Positions 55,121 to 64,000 of a DNA stretch of 64,000 nt are shown here, one piece after another; the first letter of the stretch is position 1; every line of letters starts with the position of its first letter. Source of the DNA: Selaginella moellendorffii (taxonomy: Eukaryota > Plantae > Lycopodiophyta); assembly GCF_000143415.4 (NCBI RefSeq), contig NW_003314333.1:496001-560000 (forward strand), in the 5' to 3' direction. The position numbers and the translations under genes are program-made. A model generated the notes under the pieces. That model saw only the letters and a list, made by a program, of their open reading frames with translations, had not been told where the DNA came from and searched no databases.

Positions 55121-56429
55121 GTGGCTAAATAAGGACAAGGTCCTTGTTTGGGTTAAGGAATAAGGTTCCTAGTTCAAAGTGTTGATTTGAACTATTGATG
55201 ATGGTGTGGCTTGGTCAAGGTGACCAAGTGGGAAAAGCACCTTAGGGAAATGAGCTATGACATCGCGATGGCATAGTGTGTCCAAGGAAAGTAGTCTCTA
55301 AAGAGACCCATGAGAGGGTCACAAAGTTGGGCCGAGGATAGAGCCCACAGCAGAAGATGCTAAAAGAGACTTACTAGGGGTGAACACCCTAGTCTTGGCA
55401 AAGCAGAGCCTTTGCTATGGAATCAAAAGAATACCTCAAGGAGGGAGGTAGAGATTCGATGTTGCTCGGTGCAACAATCAACGGATAGGAGCAAAAGATG
55501 AGTGGCCAAGATAGGGCCGTGGAATCCCTTGGAAGGAATCCAAGTAACAAAGTTAGGCGAGGAACACTAATGTGTTGGATGCTAACAAGTTGCGGGAAAG
55601 GAAGTGTGTTTCCAAGGGGGGATTCCGAATTGCTCCGATTTGGCGAAAGTGGAAGCTCCACGGGAGGGAGCGGTAAGGTAGCCAAATGATAGGGCCATGA
55701 ACAGCCCTAGCACAAAGTATGATAATTGGAACTTTGGCACGAAATAGAAGAGAGGATGATGGTGCCCTCGAGTAGAGAACTTCCTAGGATGGGAAGTGGA
55801 GTTGCACAAAAGGTGCAAGGCAAGGTGTCGGAGACACCTAAGAAATTGACTCCAAGAAGTCAAAATTCAAAGTTCCAAAGTGCAAAGGTTATATCGATGG
55901 AAATTAAGACTACTCGAGAAGGAGTAGTGGGATTGACTTAGAGAAGGGTCTCTAAGAGGTTTAGCGAGAACTAAACCAATAAAAGGAGAGAACCATTACA
56001 TGTGGTCCAATCAGTCTCTAAGTTGGAGAGACTACGCTCCTTAAAGGATGGACAAGGCATGGTGAGCCTTTGATGTCAAACCATAGACAAAGATTGGCTA
56101 GGTGCCAAGGATGGAAATGGTAACACGTGTGGGTGTCACTTTAGAAAAGGGTTTACCGTTCGATGAGGACATCGAACTTCGTCTATGGGTGGTGGAGTTG
56201 TGAGACACAAAATCCCTAGGCCCCAAAGTGGAGCTGGAAGGGCGCCACATGGTAGTGGCCGAAGCGAGAGCCAAACGAGCGTAACACGTTTGGACCAAAA
56301 GCTCCGACTTGAAAAGTCAAGAGCGGGAGTGGAACTCCCAACGAAGTGCTCGAGGAACGAGCACGAAGCGAGCAAAAGGCGAGACTCCAAAAAGGGACCC
56401 AAAAGGACCAACACATGACACGTGGGAGT

Positions 56430-56835
56430 GTCCGAGATGGACTCGACTTGGAGTCCAAAGTGGAGTCCGAGATGGACCCGAGTTGGAGTCCGAAGTGGAG
56501 TCCAAGATGGACCCGAGATGGAGTCCGAGATGGAGTCCGAGATGGAGTCCGAGGTGGACCCGAGATGGACCCGAAATGGAGTCCGAGATGGAGTCCGAGA
56601 TGGAGTCCGAGATGGAGTCCGAGATGGACCCGAGATGGACCCGAGATGGAGTCCGAGATGGAGTCCGAGATGGAGTCCGAGATGGAGTCCGAAGTCGAGA
56701 CCGAGACCGGGACCGAGACCGGGACCGAGACCGAGACCGAGACCGAGATCGGGACCGAGCCCGAGCCCGAGTCCGAGTCTGAATCCGAGTCCGAGTCCGA
56801 GTCCGAGTCCGAGTCCGAGTCCGAGTCCGAGTCCG
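56430..56835. repeat. GATGGAGTCCGA / CCGAGT tandem repeat inside the Gypsy LTR
   Basis: A 12-bp array followed by a 6-bp array; reverse-complement relative of 51810-52075. Confidence 0.92.
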
Positions 56836-59800
56836 GAGCCTGAGAGGGTGAAAGCCCAAAGCGTTCGTCTCCCAGACCCTGGGGGGTTTGGTGAGCCCCA
56901 AAAGTATAGTAAGGGGGAGGACTGCAGTGGAGCCAGTTTGGCCAGGAAAGGCCAGTTTGGCCCAGGAAGGCCGGACCCAGTGTTGGGTGATGAGCTGCCC
57001 ACTGGGAAGTCCAAGACTAGAGTGAACACGGACCGACAAGCGGGGTAGCTTGGTGAAGTGTTCAAGAGCCGGCTCTAGTTCCCCCGGGAGATCGACTGGC
57101 CGATGCTCCCAGTCCAAGTGTGGGTGGCACTACCTACTTGGATACCAGGCGTGGCTCAATGGAACCTCGCTCTAAGCCCATGGCTAGAGCACCTAAAGGC
57201 GATAGGTGGGGAGAGTACCCAGGTGGCTCGCGTAAGGCCACGGTGTTCCGAAATGTTGTCCCAAAGGCCCAGACTGTGGAAAGGAAGAGGAGCAGTCCTC
57301 TGGGGTAGCGACCAAGGACACAGTCATATGGTGAGGAAGTCCCAGAGGACCGTGGGACTTAGTGGTCGGGCCTGTGGGCCTCGATCCAGTGGCAGTGTTG
57401 GCAAACACGGCCAGGGGCAGAAAGGGACTTGGTAGGAACTGTCAAAGGGACTTTGGGGAAGGCGATTCCCTAGGTCTGTGGGCATCCTAAGGATGCTAAA
57501 GAGTGGATCTAGGATGACCACTCGTGGACACATGGCCCAGTCTTGGAGAGACGAGGTGGTGATGCAAGTGGTGTTGGACCACTAGTGCAGCAAAGGTGAA
57601 TGGGCCTGGCCTTAGCGTAACGGGCCGAGATGTCAGTGGTACCTTTGGGTGTCGGTCTTGGGACCGGACACGTGGAGCACTTGGACCAGGTGCAAGTGTT
57701 GAGTGGCAGGGATGCCATTCTTGGGGCTAGCAAGTCCCAAGTCCTGAATTGGACTGATGGAGGTTGTGAATAAGACTCCTCCAAGTGGTCAAAGGTGTGG
57801 TTAAGTGACTAAAGTAGAATGGAAAATTTAGTCGCTTACAGAATCATCAATGATCGATATATCCTAATGCAAATCCAACAAGGGACCAACATCTTCAATA
57901 TCGATCACTAACTCTTCTTCTTGTAAAGTTAGCATAGTCCAGGGCTAAATCACTTTTCAAGGAAAAACTCAAAGCTCACCCCTACTAAATAATCTTGTTT
58001 AGAACACAACTAATTCAATTTGCCACTCAGTTCATTTGAACATTAATACAGTTGTTAACTAGCAAATACACGAATGCCAATAACACAAAGCCATAGCTAA
58101 ATCATCAACACTATTTTTTCATTAAGACTAATGAAAGTTAATGTTAATCCTAAGGAGAAACATCTCATCTCACTTAAATCTTAACATCAATAATGTCAAC
58201 GACAAAGCAATACTTCAATGCCATCAACACCATAACAAAGCTAGAAGAAAACAAGAGTGAATCACCACTCAAAACCCTTTAGCAACCAAGTTAACCAAAG
58301 TTAAAGATACTTTAGTCAGTATCTGAGACTAATCCTTCAGCAAAACTCAGTTACAGATAACACTTCCTCAAGGAGTGAATCACCACATCCAAGACTCAAT
58401 GAAATCCAACACCACGAACTAAACACAACCAAATGATATTGATAGAAGTAGAGTCGACATGCCAACATGGAAAACCCATGTAAGTCTAACGACACGATCC
58501 TCCACAACACCATTCGGTAAAGTAAACCCATCACTGATAAATCTTCATCGAGTGAAGCAAGTGTCAACAGTCCTCAACTAAGTTTACAAGTAATCATTAG
58601 TTGCAAAGCAACCAACAATCACCCTTCAACTTGCCTTCACAAGACCTAACACTAAACTCATGTCATCAAGTCTCATCCAACATAAACATAATACCTCAAA
58701 TATGAGATAAAGGTTTATGGACAAACATAACAAAATGACCACTTGAATCCAACTCAACCCCAATAAACTCACTAATGCATTTAGCCACTAACTCTAAGTA
58801 TGCCTTGAAGAGGCTAGCTATGCATGATCAACACTTAGTCGAAATTAAAGTGATGACCATGAGATGGATCTATATCGGTACACAACCTCTTTATAGACAA
58901 AGCTATAGTATGGGTACCAACATCTCAACTTTAAATAACTAAGTTGGACATCACCATCCTCAGCCAAGGCACAGGGCTACCAAAACCAAGTCAAGATCAG
59001 TGAGAGCTCACTACTCTCATAGAGTATAATGAAATGCAAGGTGTAACTTGCCACCAAGCATAATACTACAGAAGAAAAGTACAAGGGTCACCTTTCTTAG
59101 AAAAGTGTAACGACCACTTTTCTACACCAACTCCAAACTCTATCCAACTCAATTGCTTTAGCCCCAAAAGTCAGCATCCTTTTCAAGTTGCATCATACAA
59201 ACTATTTACTAAAGTTTAGGCTAACTGAAATCAACTCCAACCCTTTCACTAGTTTGTATTGGCTTACAAAAATAGAATGGTTTTTGGGCAAAGTGATTAA
59301 CAGATTAGCCATTGGAAAAGTTTAAGAAAATTTGTGGAAAATTTCTATCCTAGAGAAAGAATGACTCTCAGTCTAGAAATACAAACTTCCAAAACTTAAC
59401 CAACTTCCTCCTACTAACAACTTCACATAGGTTCACCTCAACACAAATTCTCATAACCCATAGCGTGCTTAAACTCCGAACATCTTTTTGCCCATATATC
59501 CGACATTCAACACTGATATCTGCAAAATGCAAAATGAACATCTAAAGCTTGATCATGAAGACTATATCTTCGGACATCTATATTGCACCAACACTTTTCT
59601 TCAACACTTTCAAGATCCAATGTGAAGCCAAAACACTAACAAGAAAAATGACATGAAAAATCAAGCTTTAAGGAAAATCCTCATCACTTGAAATAATAAT
59701 ACCACTTCCACTAACACAAGTGCTAGTGATGTTAATGCCTCAAACCTCACACCTTTTCCATCCAGCAATTTACTCCAAATGCTAACAGATCAACTAACAA

Positions 59801-61138
59801 GTTATAGCAAATGAATGCTATAACCTTTTTCAACACCTTATGAGAAAACCCTCAAGGAAACAAGGAATCAACTTAAGCTTAGCATAATGGACCACCATTG
59901 AGAATCCAGTCAAAGCTACTACAATGCTACTTCATGTAAGTAGACTAGCTTCACCATTAACCACTTTGGGGTTGATCATCGTTTATCCAAGCAACTTCGT
60001 AAACACATTGCTCATTATCATATGGATATGATATAAATATCACAATGACTTGATCATCAATTGAGCAACATCATGAGCAACACCCATATAATTACTTCAA
60101 AGGTTTATGTGATTATCAAGTGTCAACTCGATTCGACAAAATGCAATATAAATGCCACACTCCACCGATAGAGACTTACAACACCCAACACCACTAACTT
60201 TTTGTTCACAACACGGATAAGCTCATGCCACTCTCTTTCCGACCAAACTTAAAACTAATCCAACACCAAGATACTCAAGGAGCAATAACAAGATTCCTCG
60301 GAAAAGAATTGAGCATTGCAACCCAAATCTTCTAATAGCAAGTCTAAACAAAAATGGTATAACACTTCACCGCTATCCATCCCATGACTCACCACTTGTA
60401 AGATCACCATAACCAATGCATCAAGGTAGGGACTCTTGATTGCATATTGTGAACACAAGCAATGAATCACATTTCGTTGCAAATCATATCTCCAAAGAGA
60501 GAAAATGATTTACGTGTTTGATCCTCCATCCCTAATAACTCTCTTTTTGGTCTCATCTTTGACTAAACCTTAAGCTTGCTTTTGCACTTCCTTCAGTCCA
60601 ATCCAAGAAAATTTTATGAGAGAGCATAGCAATGACTACCTGAACCAATAGACTAATCCCTACAATCTTGATTGATCCACTTGTAATCATGCCTAAGAAG
60701 GATCCACTAGTGTCGTGCTAAACAGCTACGGACTAGCCTATTTGCCACTCATAGCAAACCCAATGAAGGTTTATTTTCACCCATGGTACATGGAACAATT
60801 CACGGAACCATTGGACCAACTCATGGAACCACTACTAGGCTAACATTAATCCTGCTAACTCAAAGTGTAATCTTGAGTTGCAAATGTACCTCACTTACGA
60901 GCCCAAGCTCAAACTCGTGTAAAATGGTACACCTCAATCCTTCTTATGAGCCCAAGAGCAAGCTCATATAATATGATACAACAAGGTAACCAAATCCATA
61001 CCCAAGGAACGATTGCGAAGCCTTTGCACCCAAACGTGTACCCACTTGGATCATCGTTTTCATCTCTACGTATGCAACGAGACTAGTTGCCCAATCTCAT
61101 TGGATAGTACTCGCTAAGACTCATCCTCTGATACCAAA

Positions 61139-62230
61139 TGTAGCGCACGTGGTTTTGACCCTTTATCCTATGGTGATTTACCATAGGATAACACCACGAA
61201 GCGGAACCTAAACCCTCTTTGTGCCACGTGATAGATGCCACGTGTCCAAAGGAACATGGTGCGGAACCCAAGGTTCAAGGCCTTGGGCCACTGAATGAAG
61301 GAACGGTGCCAAACTTCCAAGCGTGAAGCCAATGAGTGATGGAACCGAACCATGGAGCAACTCCTGAGCATAAAGCCCAAGGAGCAAAGGGACAGAAGCC
61401 CGGAGCAACTTGGAACAGTCCTAGAGTAACCAGCATCCCAATGCCAGGACCAATACGCAAAACAGAGCCAAACGGAGTTTGGCGCTATTTCGGCATACTA
61501 GTGGCCTAATGCGAGGACATGGGTACTCCACCAGCTAGCATGGAATGGAACTTAAGCTTAGACTCAAGCCGGACGCAAAACAAGGACAGGCACACAAGCG
61601 GGAGCTAGACTATGCCTCTAGTTGGTCGGCCATGCCTGACCTACCCACTATCCCTACTATACATTTGGAACCCCCCACAGCCCAAGCCTCCCTTAGTATC
61701 AGGAGTTAGTCTTTAGGACAAGCTCAAAACTTACTAAATATAGAATGTCCCTAAATTGCGAATTTGGATACGGGACGAACACCATTGTGTTCAGGACGAT
61801 CTCTACATTCCGTAGATATGCCAAATGAGCAAATCTGGACACTTCCATAAATAGCATTTGAGACCGAAATGAGACCAACGCAAAGGGCATGATAGCGAGG
61901 GTGTTTTGGCAGACACGGTAAGCTATCATCTAGTGATATTGAGGGACCAATCTCAATATTGCAAGGGTTCTTAATACTAGCAAGTGCAAGCCAATGACAG
62001 GAGTTTCTCAAACCAGGCCGAGTATGCTCAGCAAGAAACATATAGGGTTCCTACCTTATGTTTATCCGATCTAAGTACACGGTCATTGACCAGTTTCTCA
62101 ACTAGCTCAAGTGGGAAATTAATAACGGGTCCAGCAATACCGACCTCCTGTCATCGTGGCAGTAAGGAAAGAATATCCGAAAGGACTAGCCGATGGGTAA
62201 CTTTCGAAACCCGAAGTCACATTCGCAACA
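61139..62230 (-). repeat. 5' LTR of the Copia-derived element
   Basis: Adjacent to the PBS on one side and TSD CTTAT on the other. Confidence 0.92.
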
Positions 62231-62579
62231 CTTATGCACAAAAATGAATTAACATGAATTGATACTTAGATTAAGTTTTTGGATTAACTTTCAAAGCCCC
62301 TATAAAATTATAAACTGTTCAATCTTTCTTCTCCAATATTTTATTAGTAATTTCATCATTTCCCCTTCTCTTGATTATGAGCTCCTGACAATTTGAATAT
62401 TTTTATATTAGTGGGTTCTTTGGGTCCTCTTTTTTAGCTCTAGTTAGATTTTGATACTCTATGAAAGTTATATCAAACATTGGAGCAATCTAATATGGCA
62501 TTTGAGTTGTAACTATAGCAAATTATTCAATACTAACAATAGTAATTTTGTTCAAAGTTAAAGATTGGTATGCTGGAAA

Positions 62580-64000
62580 AGATTGATGGCATGTGATCTT
62601 AGGGACTCAGTCTCGGACTCGGTCTCGGACTTCATCTTGGACTCAATCTCTGACCCAACCTCAAACTCAGTCTTGGGCTCAGTCTCGAACCTGATCTTGG
62701 ATCTTGAACTCGGTCTCAGAGTCGATCTTGAACTCAATCTCGAACTTGGTTTCATCTGATGAACTCTTTATCATTCTGGTCATGGTTTCAGGGATTCTTT
62801 AGCCTACGACACCTTGGAGAGTTGGTTCCTTATAAGAACAAAAAAAGAGGCATCTTAGTGAAAAGAGATCTAATTACCTCATATAAGAAATCAATCAGTC
62901 ATATTGCATGGTGATTCAATATCTAGCTTGATTAAGGAAGACATAGAAAGATTGAGTTCAGGATCGAACCCAAGACTGAGTTTAAATATTAATATAGGTT
63001 GTGATGTGAAAACAATCGTCCCACAAAGGGGGGAAGGTTTTTGCAAAGGGTTCCAAAAGTATAATAAGGATAGTGAGGTCCAAGAAATAATTTTGAAGAA
63101 ACTCTCCAACAAATTATTTTATCCATATTTTTAACTGGATGTTAATAAACTATTAAACAATGCTTCTAAACTAACTTAATGTTGAAATTAGGGGCTTGCT
63201 GCCTTGTGTGGGAGTGAGCATGGACTCAAGTGCTACCATAGAGGCCACCCAAGTAAGCATTTAAGAGCAACTCCCACTCCTAAAAGGGAAACCAACTACA
63301 ATACTTCTAGCTCATATGAAATAGTGCCCCACTAAGTATTTTATGACTCATTAGTCCTTACTCTTTCCTAGGGGTTTAGACTTTCCCTTTGGGATGGAAT
63401 TGGGGGAGTAAGGGTACCCATACTAAGCTGTTAAGCCATGGTGTTTTCCCTTGGAGTCCTAAAGCAAGTGATGCATCCAAAGCTTAGGATTTAGAGAGTT
63501 TAATGATTAAGTTTAATTGTATAAAAGGATGTTAGAAACTTGGAGGCTTAGTGTGTTTGGATGCTTGTGTTTGCGGGGGTCTAGTCAAATCTTAAGTTCA
63601 ATCTAACTCGAGGAACGGGATTAAGAGAGAATTTAAGAATCTATGGATGGATGGCTAACACTCCATTGCTCATCTAGTGAATTTTTGAAATCAAGTAGAC
63701 CAAATAGGAGCTGGTACAATAAGTGAGAACTTTGGTGAGGGAATTTAACTAAAGCCAAGGAAGTGGTAGTTGGATAGACGAGGTAAGCTGGCAAATTAGA
63801 AAAAAGAAATTTATAGCTTACAATTTGGTATCGAAGCCTTTTCCTTAGTTTTAGTGAAGGATATAGGCAGATTGCTAGGAGATGGCTAATGCAAGGCGTA
63901 AGAGAACTAAGGCGGAGATAGAACCTCCTTTGGAGCTAGAGTCTTCGGTCGAACAAGAAGCTATAAATGAGGAATCCTTGCATAAGGAGGACTCTAATGA
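62580..64000 (+). mobile_element. Old rearranged 5' LTR, PBS and start of the internal region of another LTR element; runs off the window
   Basis: ~62880-63822 is a CG-depleted reverse complement of 51013-51800, ending GCTTACA and followed by PBS-like TGGTATCGAAGCC (63826-63838) and an open frame MANARRKRTK from 63882. 62580-62833 matches 51850-52162 in the opposite orientation. Confidence 0.8.

Larger units (their letters stand above)
53261..57840 (+). mobile_element. 5'-truncated non-autonomous Ty3/Gypsy element: decayed gag-pol plus 3' LTR (56199-57840)
   Basis: Relics in RT-RH-INT order: KLAMRQGYQ (cf. KLDLRxGYHQ, ~54300), NVLDA (cf. NVVADALSR, ~55570), ISME (cf. ISMDF, ~55890), DGQ (~56047). 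PPT GGGTGGTGGAG precedes TGTGAG; LTR ends GCTTACA. Confidence 0.75.
48637..62230 (-). mobile_element. Ty1/Copia-derived non-autonomous LTR retrotransposon hosting nested insertions
   Basis: LTRs 48637-49805 and 61139-62230 with TG..CA ends; TSD CTTAT (48632-48636, 62231-62235); PBS TGGTATCAGAG (61126-61136, minus); PPT GGGGGGAGAG (49806-49815, minus). Relic protease (MDSG...H, ~60380) and RNase H (DDN...N...SK, ~50400) support Copia only weakly. Confidence 0.88.

Noticed and set aside
56136-57117. Long ORFs with RS/SP/GL/DR repeats (also 51797-52111 and 62558-62759)
   Set aside because: Artefacts of stop-free 6/12-bp tandem repeats inside LTRs.
51013-57840. Retrozyme (hammerhead ribozyme in LTRs)
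   Set aside because: No CTGATGA...GAAA core with flanking stems found by eye.
1-64000. CRISPR array or prokaryotic defence operon
   Set aside because: The DNA is intron-containing plant nuclear sequence and its repeats lack unique spacers.

Overview
Eukaryotic plant nuclear DNA, most likely a lycophyte of the Selaginella type. This is an inference from ~45-60 nt introns, very short intergenic gaps and many PLS-class PPR genes built from short 31-aa repeats. The left ~47 kb is a dense, GC-rich gene block. In order it holds: FAX/TMEM14, an apparently non-catalytic G6PD4-type dehydrogenase, a HAD/NIF protein, an animal/fungal-type BCAT, a decayed hAT transposase, an F-box/LRR gene, GRWD1, beta-carotene hydroxylase, a tonoplast dicarboxylate transporter, an ATPase_2-type P-loop protein, TRAPPC4, a kinesin-3-like motor, an EXO70I-like gene, a small secreted orphan, KAS III, seven PPR genes and pseudogene fragments. 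The right ~17 kb has an anomalously AT-rich secreted lectin-fusion gene followed by a retrotransposon nest. A decayed Copia (TSD CTTAT) contains a solo LTR (TSD ACAAT) and a chimeric insert bounded by a single TSD (GAATC). That insert joins a very young 5S-rRNA-bearing Cassandra TRIM to an oppositely oriented non-autonomous Gypsy, which carries a ~490-nt structured-RNA domain with two covarying cloverleaf modules. Exon boundaries, alignments and folds were read by eye; no searches or folding programs were run.
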